Part shown: positions 1-12,525 of the stretch, in pieces | How the letters are laid out: the number at the start of each line of letters is the position of its first letter | Numbering within the stretch: position 1 is the stretch's first letter | Assembly: GCA_964016885.1 (NCBI GenBank) | Contig: OZ024740.1 | Location: 163,618,001-163,682,000 of the forward strand | From: Eledone cirrhosa | Taxonomy: Eukaryota | Length of the DNA stretch: 64,000 nucleotides | Direction of reading: 5' to 3' | Program-made: the position numbers and the translations under genes | Notes under the pieces: model-generated | The model's input: only the letters and a program-made list of their open reading frames with translations | Told to the model about the DNA's origin: nothing | The model's database searches: none

Positions 1-114
1 TCCCTCTCACCTACCAACCCATCACCCTACCACTCCGGCGACATATCCTCCGTTCCTTCCGCACCCTCTCTTCTGACCCCGTCACTTCTCGCTTTTTTCC
101 AAACCAACCCATTA

Positions 115-590
115 TTGCTTTTAAGCGCGCCCGCAACCTCCGCGACCTCCTGGTACACAGTTCCTTCTCGTCCGCTCCCACGTTTCCACCTGGCTCTCAT
201 CCGCTGCAACACTTGTCCCTTCATTTCCACCCTCACCACTCTCACAGGCCCTAACAGGTCTTTTCGTATCCGCCACTCTTTCACCTTCACATCCACCCAC
301 GTTGTCTATGCCCTCTGGTGTTACCTTTGCGGGTCTTTATACATCGGACAAACGGGACGCGTATGGCGGACCGTTTTGCTGAGCATTTGAGGGACATAGG
401 ACTCGATTTGGATACTCTTGTCGCCCGTCATTTCTGTTCTCCTGGTCATTCTTCCCTACATGTCTCAGTTCTTTGTGTCCTTTTACATTATGGATCAGAG
501 GCCTCGCGCACCAGGACTGAACAGAGTCTGATTCACCGCCTTGGGTCCTATTCCCCTCTTGGACTCAACTCAACTCCCCAATTTCTTTAA
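115..590 (+). pseudogene. Penelope-like element (Neptune-like) GIY-YIG endonuclease, frameshifted near 360
   Basis: RCNTCPFI..VVYALWCYLCGSLYIGQTGR continues in another frame as ADRFAEHLRDI..VARHF..EQSLIHRLGSYSPLGLN, the typical PLE GIY-YIG C-terminus. Confidence 0.9.
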
Positions 591-1080
591 TACTCCGTCC
601 ATTATCACACACGAATGTATTTCACCCCTAGATTCCTGTCGCTCTTTCATGATCATAAACATCTTCTCTTACAACTAATACAGACCGACAAAATATGCAC
701 ACTTCACTTTTCCCTTCACACATACACATCCTTATATTAACATACTTTTTCTCATAGCTTTGTACTTACATGCACAGACACACACTCTTTTACTTACATA
801 TACACATTTCTTCTTAGCTTCGTACGGACGTATAACACACACACACATGCTTACGCACGTACACAAGTATAGCTCTTTTTACAGAACGGTTTCTTTTTCC
901 ATTTCAGGTAGACGCGCTCCATCATCCACTTTTCTAAAAAAATAAATCATACACAAAACGCCAGTACCAACAGTTTTCCAAGAGATGTCAACATGAATGG
1001 ACCTGTTATTTTTTATTTAAAGACAGTTTTTCCAATTCCAAACCGCCCGTCCCCTCAATCTATCTTATTTCTCATTCTTT

Positions 1081-1114
1081 CTTCCGATGAAGGACTAGCG
1101 TCCAAAACGTTAAA
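1081..1114 (+). ncRNA. Degenerate minimal hammerhead ribozyme in PLE pLTR
   Basis: CCGATGA-A-GGAC-TAGC-GTCC-AAAACGTT; two core mutations relative to the homolog at 7107-7138; lies downstream of the PLE ORF. Confidence 0.6.
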
Positions 1115-1367
1115 CCCTCTTTCTGCTATTTCAAGCGTCAACCTAATATATTCCTTCCATATACTGTACCGATTGTGTTGTTATTTCTGTTTACCTTTTA
1201 CATACATATATATATATATGAGGTTTTGCTGAAAAGTTCATAAGCTGACCAAGATATATGTATATATATATATATATATATCGGGAATTTTACCCGCCCT
1301 ATATATATATAGAGAGAGAGAGAGCGAGAGAGGGGGGGGGGGGATAGCAATAAGGTGAACATATTCC

Positions 1368-1468
1368 GATTCTCATCTGATAAGCAAATCAATTCTAGCA
1401 TCGAACTGGTTGTAATCGATTAAAGCTATATGAGCTGGTCATTTGCGAAACTCATGTTATATGTGATT
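1368..1468 (+). ncRNA. Hammerhead-like motif with extended stem II (PLE pLTR)
   Basis: CTGATAA (one core mismatch)-GCAAAT...ATTTGC-GAAAC-TCAT-GTT, followed by AATAAA. Confidence 0.5.
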
Positions 1469-1499
1469 ACCAATAAAATATATAATCTACCTTATCACT

Positions 1500-1950
1500 A
1501 AATCCACTCTGGCCTACAATATACTCCTCTATTTAATATGAAACTGGTCACTCCGATGGCAAAACTATATTCCGCCTTAATTAGGAAGCATTTCTCTGAA
1601 GAACTCAAACACCATAATATCTTTAATAGAAATGCTGTTAGAATATCTTCCTCCACGACATCTAACTTTGCTTATAATATAGCATCATCCAGCATAACCA
1701 AATTTTCGAACCATTACAACACAGATAATTATGGAAGTAGTTCTAGCGGAGAAATACCTAACTGGTAAGATAAGGCTAATAACCTCTCTACTAGCACAGT
1801 ATATATAGGGTTAACATCCAATAGATTCAAATTACGATATCATATGCACAAGAATTTGTTTTGAAATCCATTTAGAAGAAATGAGACTTCACCATCAGCC
1901 TATATCTTGAGCTTGAAAGTCAGAAACATTCGATAAGGGTTAGAAGTTGT
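1500..1950 (+). pseudogene. PLE (Naiad-like) RT-linker and GIY-YIG remnant
   Basis: LIRKHFSEELKHHNIFNRNAVRISSS resembles LIxKHF..IFNRNTVKISYS; then YIGLTSNRFKLRY..NETSPSAYI with stops. Confidence 0.7.
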
Positions 1951-2949
1951 AGTGAGGGATCAATATTGGATTGAGGTGAAAATGCTCCAATCAAGTGTTC
2001 CATACACAATAGAATCTCACATACTAAATATAGCGAGATGAAAAATTTCAATCGGCTGAAGTTATCCTTGCAATTTAAAATAAAAACTACATTGAGTGAT
2101 GTTTATATCCAGAAACAGCAAGCAAAGGAAAGAATTCCTACAATATCAACTAATCTGAATTAGATGGAAATGTTAAGTCAATGGAGTGGAAGTGAATATT
2201 CTCTTTATAACCAACTGGTAAAAGTGATGAATATGTTTCGATATTTTTAGATCTGATCAGCAATATATATTAACTGACAATCAGTTTGACTTGGAGTAGT
2301 TGAAATATCTAGGAACAAAAAGGGGGAATTTACTCTGAATGTGTGAGCCAAAACTGAATAGAAGAAAAATACATCAAAGTAATTAGGTAGGCAAAGGTTT
2401 TGAAATTGTTCCCACCGGAGGCCAGCCCAGGCTAACAGCTAAAAAGGAAGTGGAATTTCCGATATTGAGCACCACGTGAACACTAACGCATGTACCACAA
2501 TATCAACTTAATATGCATTCACAGCGACAGCAAAACATAGAATAAAAATGAATTTACAAAAACACCAAAACCAACAAATACGAGTACAGTTATCCTGCAA
2601 CAACTCCACGGCTGTTCGAAAAAAACAACTGTGGGCTAGTAAAGGAGGCTATAAACAATAAGATTCGGACATAAAACTCAAACATAAAACTTCACCTGAC
2701 AGGCTTTTAATTCAGACAGGCAATATAACATAAAATTATAAACTCTACACTCTCCGGGAACGAAGGGTCTTTCGAGTTAAAATCCAAACAAAAAAATAAC
2801 GAGAGAAGCCTTTTTCATCCTAAGAGAAAAACGGTTCAACGATTCTATCTTTGACGGACCGAGACGGACGTGTCTACTCAGCCCGGAGAGAATGTGTGTG
2901 GTTTTTCAATTGTGGCAGACTTCAACGCCTATATCGTCGGTTTGTGAGC

Positions 2950-3265
2950 TGGGGTGTGGTAACGCTACTCAGAAAAGACGCCAACGGGGAGAACATGTCA
3001 AACAATAACACTTCTAAACGCAAAGTTTAAGATTTTGGCCAAGATATTGACAAAGCAGTTGGCGCTTGTCGTTGGTAGTCTTGATGGAGAATTGAAAAGG
3101 TGCGCGATCGTGAATGATTCCATCCACGACCGCCTCCACCTCATGAGATACATCATAGAAAGAGTGGGTCCGAAATTTGGTTTCGGTGGGCCCTGATCAA
3201 TATGAATCAATTGATAGCATTCAATAGGATCTACAATCGCTACTGGCAGCTTTCCTTGAAGCGGT
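2950..3265 (+). pseudogene. Tx1/L1-clade LINE reverse transcriptase fragment
   Basis: Frame reads ITLLNAKFKILAKILTKQLALVVGSL..SIHDRLHLMRYIIERVG (RT N-terminal region). Confidence 0.8.
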
Positions 3266-3406
3266 AGAATAACCCCGCCAAAAGAACGATATATACGATG
3301 AAGAGGGATAATACCTCATTAATTTACCACACAAGAAGCTTAGCGAACCATCAACATTCTTGTTGAAGCAACAAACCTTTGTTGTAAGAAAAATAATTAA
3401 ATAAAC

Positions 3407-3455
<49 letters not shown>

Positions 3456-3899
3456 ATGTATGTATGTATTTCTGTCTGTCTGTCTGTCTGTGTGTGTGTG
3501 TGACGAAAATATCAACAAGAAGAGTGGTCTATATATAAACAGAGCTTATATTTATGATTTGTACACAATAATCCATTGAAAGAAAGGTTTCATTAGCTAT
3601 TAAGCCTTCATAAATACAAGATATGTTTGTTACTCATATGTGTATGTGTGTATATTGTACTTTTTTCAGTCCTTGGACTGTGACCATATATATATATATA
3701 TAACAAATTATAAAATAAGAAGTAATAGACACAGATATATATCTATTTTTTCTTCAAAGTCCCGACTGTACAGTTTCGCTGGTCAGTTTGCAACAATTGC
3801 ACATTATAGATGTGCAATATTATATATATATATATATTCTATTTTACATATACCATCATTTTATTGTATTGTTCTCTTGTGTTGTTTATCATTGTGAAC

Positions 3900-4040
<141 letters not shown>

Positions 4041-4235
4041 GGGAGGGGGTAAATCTACCAAAATAAACGGTAGTGTCCAATCCGTATGAAGAACTCAATG
4101 TAATCCAAATATAGAAGATATGAAAAGAGAAAATGCATTAAAAAATTAACGATAAAAATCATAGGAAAACAGCCAAGATAAATTAATAAAGACAATGAGA
4201 TAAAAACAAAGAACAGGTTCCTTATATTGAAAAAT

Positions 4236-4375
4236 GTTTCATTTTACGATCGTTTCTGGGATATATGTGTGTTGGTATGTATATCATGTTAAAGATCTAT
4301 GTAAAAAAATATTATAAATTATCAGAGGAGATATACATACCTTCACCTATATATGCCATCTTCAGAAATGATGAA
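4236..4375 (-). ncRNA. Type I hammerhead ribozyme with 102-nt stem II
   Basis: Minus strand: TTCATCATTT-CTGAAGA-[TGG..GGTATGTATATC..GATATACATACC..CCA]-GAAAC-GATC-GTA-AAATGA. Confidence 0.75.
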
Positions 4376-4896
4376 ATATGTTTATTGAAAGAAACAAAGT
4401 ATTAATTGGGAACAGGTTTTGAATTGACCAATAGAGAAGAGTTAGAGGTCAAGTTGATAGAATTACAGTAGTAGAACTTGATGCTAGGAGTGGAGGAATG
4501 TAAATTTATGCTTTGAATGAAAAGAATACAATGGGGGAGAGAAAGATAGAGGTAAAATGAGGTCAAGTCAAGGAGATAGTGAAGGAGTCCCAGAAAATTT
4601 GATGTTATTAAAAAATGCTGTTAAAAGCGAAGGGAAAGAAATTTGTGGGATGAGAGTGTTAGTGAGAAATACTAATCTTATTTAAATTTCAAGAAACCTA
4701 GATACATAAAAGGAAATTAAATTAATTGATAGGTATACTTACAGAGTTAAAATTATATTAATTCTTATGAATGTGATAAATAAAGAAGTAAAAAAATAAA
4801 AAATAAAAAATATATATAGAAAAATTGAAATAGATAAAATTTTATAAAAAACAGTGTATCTATCTAAACATCCATAATATTAAAGATATTAATTAT

Positions 4897-5053
4897 TGTT
4901 CCTACTTTTGGCACAAGGCCAGCAATTACACAGTACATTACTGGTACTTTATTTATCGACCCCGTAAGGATGAAAGGCAAAGTTAACCTCGGCGGGATTT
5001 GAACTCACCGAGGTTAACTTTGCCTTTCATCCTTACGGGGTCGATAAAATAAA
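4897..5053 (-). mobile_element. tRNA-SINE 3' part with 5' inverted duplication, 17-bp TSD
   Basis: TSD TTAAAGATATTAATTAT at 4880-4896 and 5054-5070; internal fold-back about 4950-5050. Confidence 0.85.
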
Positions 5054-5404
5054 TTAAAGATATTAATTATATTTATAGGTGAAGGTATGTATATCTCCTC
5101 TGATAATTTGTAATATTTTTTTACATAGATCTTTAACATGATATACATACCAACACACATATATCCCAGAAACGATCGTAAAATGATGAATTTTTCAATA
5201 TAAGGAACCTGTTCTTTGTTTTTCATTGTTCTTTGTTGTTCTTTGTTTTTCATTGTCTTTATTAATTTATTTATATATATATATTAGCGGACAACTGAGC
5301 TCAGCCGTCGGGCATTAACTACTTCCCAAATATCAAGTACTTAACTGAATCTAGTCTTACTAGTCCAAACTGGAAAATCCTTATATATATATATATATAT
5401 ATAT

Positions 5405-5550
5405 ATAGGAACGAGAAGGACCCCGACGGCTGAACTCAAGCCGTTTCGACGGCTAATTCTGGACTATTACCCACTCTACTACCCTGAGTATTGAGTACTT
5501 TGGTGCGTTATGGTCCACCTGGTTCCTTACCACATTTCCTTCGTTATATA
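5405..5550 (-). mobile_element. PLE pLTR fragment carrying the 3' half of an HHR
   Basis: Minus: GAAAC-GGCTTGAGTTCAGCC-GTC; homologous to 31950-32150. Confidence 0.55.
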
Positions 5551-5661
5551 TATATATGTGTATGTGTGTGTGTGTGTGCGTGTGTGTGTGTGTGTAAGAT
5601 GGAGTTCTATAGTTTCTGTCTATATATATAAACCAAATGATTTCTGAATCATTATAATAAT

Positions 5662-5840
5662 TGTTTCTACTTTAGGCACAAGGCCAGCAATTACCCAGTG
5701 TATTACTGGTACTTTATTTTATCGACCCTGTAAGGATGAAAGGCAAAGTCAACCTCGGCGGGATTTGAACTCAGATCGTAAAGGGACGTAACTATGCTGG
5801 AAAGCATGGCGTCCGACTCTCTACCGATACTGCCAATCCA
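5662..5840 (-). mobile_element. tRNA-derived SINE, 18-bp TSD
   Basis: Minus: A-box TGGCAGTATCGG, B-box GAGTTCAAATCC; TSD CTGAATCATTATAATAAT at 5644-5661 and 5841-5858. Confidence 0.9.
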
Positions 5841-6862
5841 CTGAATCATTATAATAATGCTAGCTTAATGCATGAAATTCAGTGTCAAACTCAGTAAATT
5901 CTGGTCATTTTGATGTTAGACAGTTACAATATTCACAGCCTTTTAAGATCAATAGTAACGTATGAGGCCATAAATCTCATGTCCTGTAAGTTTGGCTACA
6001 TAATACATAAAATATACTTGATATATAGGCAGTATTTATGCTACCGTTATTTATAGTCATTACAGATGAAAGTGTGCGTGTATGTTTCCCGAATGAGTGA
6101 GCTAATTTTGAAAGACATATTTTATGCCCGTATATAATATAGTAATCAATCATACTCGTAGATAAACATGCTAGTGAAGTTTCTTGTTTTAGATTACTTT
6201 ACTGGGAATCTACCCTTCGGTGACTTTGTATAAGTTTTTCTATATGTATATGCTTCTCTGAATTAGATATATTTTAGCGATCTTTTTATTGAGATGGCCT
6301 GTATATCGGTGACAAATACCCTTCTGTATGATATTTGCGACTCCTTAAATGTTTAGTTGATAGACGGATTATATTGTGAGCAATTTCGGTAAGGACTAAT
6401 TCCGTTTATTAACAGGTTTATATTATATATATATTGTTTTTCTTATACTTTCAAAGAATCTCTCTAATGAAATAATCTTTTGGCAATATCGATTGCCTTA
6501 ATCTATTAAGATGGTAGATGTTGTTTTCCGTTTTTCGGTTCTGGCAACCTCGGTAATGAAAGACATAGTGAAGCCTTCTACTTTTGGGATAGCTTTACTA
6601 GGAATCTACCAGTAGAGAAAGATGCTAGTGAAGTTTTCTTGTTTTAGATTATTGTATTGATAATCTACCCGTCGGGTATAAGTTACTCTATATGTATATG
6701 CTGCTCAGATATATTTTAGCAACCTCTATACTGGTGACAAATAACGGTTGTAACGTTTTTCGAAATATTTACTTCTGCGTCCACAGATTTATTTTTTTAG
6801 TTTCAGAGAACCCGTTAAGGGTGAAAGCAGCGATTCTTTTCTTAAACTTTAATCTGTTCTTA

Positions 6863-6984
<122 letters not shown>

Positions 6985-7106
6985 CGCGTGTGTGTGCGTG
7001 CGTGCGTGTGTGTGTGTAAAAGGCAAACAAATATAGCAAAGCAAACACGACATAGTAGAATGAAGAAATGTATTAGTTTTACGCTTGTTATAGTAGAAAA
7101 AGAGGC

Positions 7107-7138
7107 TTAACGTTTCGGACGCTAGTCTGTCATCAGAA
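7107..7138 (-). ncRNA. Minimal hammerhead ribozyme in PLE pLTR
   Basis: Minus: CTGATGA-CA-GAC-TAGC-GTC-C-GAAAC-GTT; flanks resemble 900-1200. Confidence 0.7.
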
Positions 7139-7532
7139 AATAGAATGAGAAATTAAAGAAGAAGTAGAAAGATAAAGGAGAGTGGGCAGTGGCTGGAACG
7201 AAAAAACATTTCTTTGAGAAAAAGCAGGTATATTCAAGTCGCCATCTCTTAAAAAACTGTTGAATCTGGCGTGGGTGTATAACAAAATCAGTTGGTCTTG
7301 TTTTAAAAGGCAGTGACCGAAGGCGTCTACTGAAAGGAAAACATTGTTTTGTATATAAAGTGTGTATTTGTGTGTGTATGTGTGTGTTGTTTTTCTGTAT
7401 GAAGCTATGAGGATTTGTGTGTGTATATGTAAGTTTAAGAGAGTGTCTGTGTGTCGATGTCAGACAGTAATATATATTAAGAAAATTGATGAAGTTTCGT
7501 TTCCATGTATTCAATTTTTTTATTGTGCATCG

Positions 7533-7624
7533 AACTATTACACGGGTTTCGCAGAGGATTGGTTCAAGGTCCCTCATAGAAGTTATGAATCCGACTCCAT
7601 CAAAGATCTGCTCTTCAGACTGGT
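7533..7624 (-). ncRNA. Hammerhead motif with ~60-nt stem II
   Basis: Minus: CTGAAGA-GCAGA...TCTGC-GAAAC-CCGT-GTA, then AATAAA; stem I is weak. Confidence 0.55.
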
Positions 7625-8554
7625 GATTCATAAAAACAATACAGTGTTTATTGTGTTCTGTGATATAGGTATATATAAACATTGAACCTATGCGCTGAAA
7701 CACTTACATCCACGAAAAGAAATGTAAATTTGAAATAGCAAAGTGGTGCATGTGTTAATATGTGGTGGTGTATAATAAAGAGATGGTAATGTTTATTAAG
7801 GTGTGGAGTAGAGTAGCATTGGTGTATAATAAAGAGATGGTAATGTTTATTAAGGTATGGAGTAGAGTAGTACAGAAGATGTACTGTATTATGTTAGTGT
7901 GGAAAAAGAAAGAGAAAGAAAAAATATTAAGAAAATATATAAATCAAATTAAGGTGGTTGAAAATTAATTGAATTTGTTGAGTATTTCCACTTAGCAAGG
8001 AGTTGGCTTTTGTGATGGAGGCATTCTCTAAAAATTTCGCTCTTGGTTTACTGGGTGCCTTTAGTGGTGTTCAATCTGTTGCTAGCATTTGGGTCAGAAC
8101 AGTATTGGATTAACCATTAAGCAAAATATGCAACTGCTTATGGCATCAAGGGCAAAGTGGCACCATTTTATTGAAATTATTGGTATTTGCCATCTTTATG
8201 TTATCATTCTTTATTGCTATCTTCATGTTATCATTCTAAGAGAGAAAACAGTTGTATTTATAAAACTATATTATTCCACTCAATTTACCATCCAAAAAGT
8301 CAGAATCCGCCGAAATGTTTCTGCCTATTCTCATTTCGAGAAGCAAATTCCGCAACAGCTACAATTAGATTTATTTCGTCTGTTCGTTCTTGGTGATACG
8401 AAAGTATCGCTAAAGAACCAATCTAATCTCTCTTGCATTATTCTTGACTGAAAACATGTTTCTACTCATTTTCCTGGAGAAAAATGTTCGTTCTGCCTTA
8501 GCAAATATTGAAGGAATAACCAGTAAAAGTTGGCAGATTGTACAAAGCTCTGAT

Positions 8555-10120
8555 AGCGATGAATTGGCAGAGTCGTTAGAATGTCGGATAGAATGCTAGT
8601 AGTATTCATTCCGACTCTCTGCTCTCTGAGTTCAAATCCCACCGTGGTCAACTTTGCCTTTCATCCATTCATGGTCGATAAAAAAGGTACCAGTTAAGTA
8701 CTGGGATCGATTCTTCCTCTGTATCTCTTTCTCACTTCCTTTCTCTCACACTCTCTATCCTTCTCTGGAAGAAATCTGTATTCAGGCCTGGAAAGGAGAT
8801 GGGTTCTGCCAGGTATAAAGAATGCCCTAGAAACGCCGTATGTCAATATGGCGCCCTACGACTCCTCAGGAGTTGCGGGTCCATACCATACCAAGGTCTG
8901 GTATTAGGAGCGTGCCATCGGCTGACGCTTTTTTATTTTTTTATTTTAGATGGTCTTTGGAATGGAATTCCGTCGGTTTCGACGATGTATGTTCTAGTTT
9001 TGGGATCAACAGAACAGCCTGTTCATGTTTAAGTTGCTGAGCATTCTACAAATACATGTACCCATAACGTAATTCGCAGGGAGATTCAGTCTGACATAGT
9101 ATATGACAAAGCTGATAGTTTGAACATAGACATACACAATTCCATCACAGACTTCATTTGTCAACAGATATGTACCTTCCCCATTTCCCATTTCAATATT
9201 TTTGTAGGAGCTTTTCACTTTCATGGTAATACAGGATCTGAGACCAAATAACGTACCCCTGTCTTCCATACAATATCATCAGAGAGGGTATCAAATGAAT
9301 CTTCTTTTCTCATATCTTTAGTAGTTTCATCCATTCTCTGTCGATATATCGACGGCAATTTAACTGCATGTAGTGTTTTTGATGAGTAATTACTTGTTTC
9401 AGAGCTCTATGCTCTTGGTTCAAAGCTTGCTGAAGTCAACTTTGCTTTCATCCTTTCGAGGTCGATAAAAAAAGGACCAGTCCAATACTCTTTCACTCTC
9501 TCTCTCTCCTTCTCTTGAAGAAATCAGTTGTGTTCAGACATGGAGATGGTTTGAGTTCAGTCAGGTTAACAAAATTCCTAAGACACACCGTATATCACTA
9601 CGGCTCCCCTAGAACTCCACCAGGAGATGTGATTCAGAAATAAGACTCTTCAATATAGTTTCTGTATACAAGTACGGGAGTTAATCGCTTCTATTTCCCA
9701 CAACCCACGACCTATTTAATAATGATTTCTACTTTAGGCCTACAATTTTGAGAGGAGGCCGTTACTATCGACCACAGCACATTACTGCTATATTACTGGT
9801 ACTTTATTTTATGGAACTCAGAAGGGTAAAAGACGATAAAAAGTCATAATGAAATACTGTAAGGTATTTTGGCCGACGATCTACTAATTCTGCCAATCTA
9901 CCACTCTTCTTAGATATATAATAATGGTTTCTTATTTAGGCACAAGGCCAGCAATTTTGGGGGAGGGGAAAGTCGATTAAATCGACTCCACTTCGTTACT
10001 GGTACTTTATTTTATCGACCCCGTAAGCTTAAAAGGCAAACCTAATCTCGACGGGTTTTGAACTCAGAACTAAAGGGCCGTAAATCTATGCCACGTAGCA
10101 TAGTATCCGACGCTCTGCCA
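8555..10120. mobile_element. Cluster of tRNA-SINE copies (8555-8715 +, 9400-9485 +, 9720-9905 -, 9925-10120 -)
   Basis: Share GTCGATAAAA..GTACCAGT body motifs with the SINE at 5662-5840; B-box visible in some copies. Confidence 0.8.
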
Positions 10121-10459
10121 AAATAATACAATATTTTCACGTTCCATAATCTATATATATATATATAAAACAGAAGATATATGTCTGTCTGTTTGTGTAA
10201 CCGCATGCTTTTCTACATTTTATAACCGATTTGCACCAAATTTCATACATATGTTTTACGCGTCGTAGGCTATTTTACGATTTTGCCCCCCCCCCCCCCC
10301 CCCCCCCTCAACGAAGCGAGACGTATTGCTTATAAAGGAAGGTGAACACATGAACATTTACTTGAACTTATCAAGGGGACCCAGGGGGGGGGGGCGTAAG
10401 CCCATCGACTTATCTATTGAAGTTCACATTAACACTGTATTAGTACCTGATAACTTTTG

Positions 10460-10876
10460 AAGTTTACGTTCGATCTTCGTTTTCACTTTCAAAACAACAA
10501 TCATCGTCGGATGAAATTTCAGAAATGTACACGTCTAATTCATTTGAAGATAAATCACTAATATTATCTTTTGTTTCTTGTTTATTTTGAATGTCGTCGT
10601 GTGTAAAAACTTCAAAGTTGGTATCGCTACTTTCATAAGCCATGTTGATACAAACAAAAAATCTGTTCTACTTTCAACGTTAAAAAACACGTGTTGTTTT
10701 AAGTTGTTTCACTATATTAAGTGTTAATTTTTGCGGTAAGGGCCTAATCTCGAATTGACGAGATTTTGATGACAGTATTGTTTATTTTTAGAACGATATT
10801 TAAGTGTGGGTGTTACGGCCGGTTTGAATAAATGAAAGGGAAATTATTTCGGCCGGTTTGAACACTGAAGGGTTAA
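10460..10876 (-). mobile_element. piggyBac-like terminal fragment embedded in each unit
   Basis: Minus: TTAA|CCCTTCAGTGTTCAAACCGGCC end with repeated TTCAAACCGGCCG, then a 59-aa acidic ORF from 10643 (MAYESSDTNFEV..SSDDDCCFESENEDRT). Confidence 0.55.
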
Positions 10877-11284
10877 AGGAGGTTTAGTTAATGTGTTTAT
10901 GGTCATAAGGTTCCAGTTTATCATGCTGTGATTTTTCGGCCATTTTTGCCTGTATCCTTTCAATGGTTAGTACTTACTTATTGCTATGTTCGAACTGAAC
11001 AAACATACTGACACTTATATACCTACCACTGTAGCCACACAATTTAATTTCCTTTATCACAGTTAGTCCGTACGCTGCGTTGCCCCTAACTTAAAACCTG
11101 AAATTTGACTGGTACACAAAATCTTGCAAAAAATACCCACTTTCTCAGACCACATAGATTTATCATTTTTTCACAATTTATATCCATGTTTATATTTGCT
11201 TACTTAAACATTATTTGTCCACTATTTATCGTCTCCCTGGTTAATTTTCAAAAAACAATCCCCCCCCCCCCCTTCCCACCCCAG

Positions 11285-12010
11285 AAAAGAACTTTCATTG
11301 GTCGATTATTTAATGATGCAAGTAGGTCTAAGCGAAGGCGTCTCACCGAAGATGTAAATGCGACTGCGATCAGGCTCTCGCAGAACGCTGTGCAGACGAC
11401 AGCTGCAAGAACGGAGGATGACAGACGGCGTGAACTTCGACGCAACAAAGATGCTGCCGCGACTGCTGCTACTCGCGCGCGAGAGGATGGGGACAACGCG
11501 CCGTTCGATGAAGCAGGGACACACTGCAACATCTGCTGCTCGTGCGCGAGAGGATGAAGGATGACACGCCGTTCGACGAAGAAGGGATGCCATTGCGCGC
11601 GCTCAAGAGGATGAAGGACGACGCGCCGTTCGACGAAGTAGGGACGCCACTGCAACATCCGCTGCTCGCGCTCGAGAGGATGAAGGACGACGCGCCGTTC
11701 GGTGAAGCAGGGCCGCCTCTGCAACAGCCGCTGCTCGTGCTCGAGAGGATGAAGGACGACGCGCCGTTCGGTGAAGCAGGGCCGCCTCTGCAACAGCCGC
11801 TGCTCGTGCTCGAGAGGATGAAGGACGACGAAGCAGGGACGCCGCTGCCACTGTTGCTGCACGAAATACTGAAACTATAGAGCAACGACGTGGCCGACTT
11901 CTGCAAAGTGAACAGCGGCGATCATCGTTACGTGGCATTTCTAGGACTTGCAATTCACGATGGTCGTTGAAGGTCTTTAACTACGACCCCTCCTCCGACT
12001 ACGCTGTGCT
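11285..12010 (+). pseudogene. Helitron RepHel N-terminal charged-repeat region
   Basis: KRTFIGR, then 69-bp (23-aa) AREDEGRRAVRRSRDA-type repeats, then [10 protein letters not shown] resembling the Helitron AFxYDP motif. Confidence 0.75.
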
Positions 12011-12029
12011 TCCCTAGAAACCTGCACGT

Positions 12030-12525
12030 CTACAAGTCCCTTGACTCTATGGCTGATCCCACAGAATTTCTTAACTCCCTAGACCCTCTCGGATTGCCAC
12101 CACACTTACTGTGACTTAAGAAATGTGCCCCTGTTATGCTCCTCAGGAATTTGGAACTCCAAAGGCTTTCCAACAGCACGCGTCTGGTCGTCCAAAAGGC
12201 GATGCCTCATGTTATTGAGGCAACAATACTTACAGGATGTGGTAAGGGGGATACTGTCTTCATACCAAGGATACCTCTCATTCCATCCGGTAAAGACATT
12301 ACTTTCACATTCAGAAGGCTGAAATTCCCTCTCCGGCTCAGTTTCGTCATGTCGATTAACAAATCACAGGGTCAGACGCTGACGGTCGTAGGGCTTAATT
12401 TAGAACCGTGTTTCTTCCATGGTCAACTATATGTTGGCTGCTCTCAAGTGGGGAGCCGACATAACCTATTTTCTTTTGCAACTCACGCGAAAACCCAAAA
12501 TATAGTCTATAAGGAAGGTTTTTAG
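12030..12525 (+). pseudogene. Helitron Pif1-like helicase C-terminus (unit 1)
   Basis: [58 protein letters not shown]; in-frame stop upstream. Confidence 0.95.

Larger units (their letters stand above)
4050..5270 (-). mobile_element. PLE pLTR with inverted partial copy (5072-5270)
   Basis: About 4180-4350 recurs inverted at 5072-5270; homologous to 42219-42920; contains an HHR. Confidence 0.75.

Noticed and set aside
1538-1950. Selenoprotein-type (UGA/SECIS) Naiad PLE
   Set aside because: Too decayed; stops are of mixed types and I could not recognise a SECIS
5662-5840. tRNA gene
   Set aside because: A and B boxes only, no cloverleaf; multi-copy with TSDs, so a SINE
11542-11880. ERMKDDAPFGEAG repeat protein
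   Set aside because: Alternative frame of the 69-bp Helitron repeat; the REDEGRRAVR frame matches the RepHel context
12136-12525. Host PIF1 helicase gene
   Set aside because: Intronless C-terminal fragment with an upstream stop, fused to Helitron N-terminal repeats and tandemly repeated
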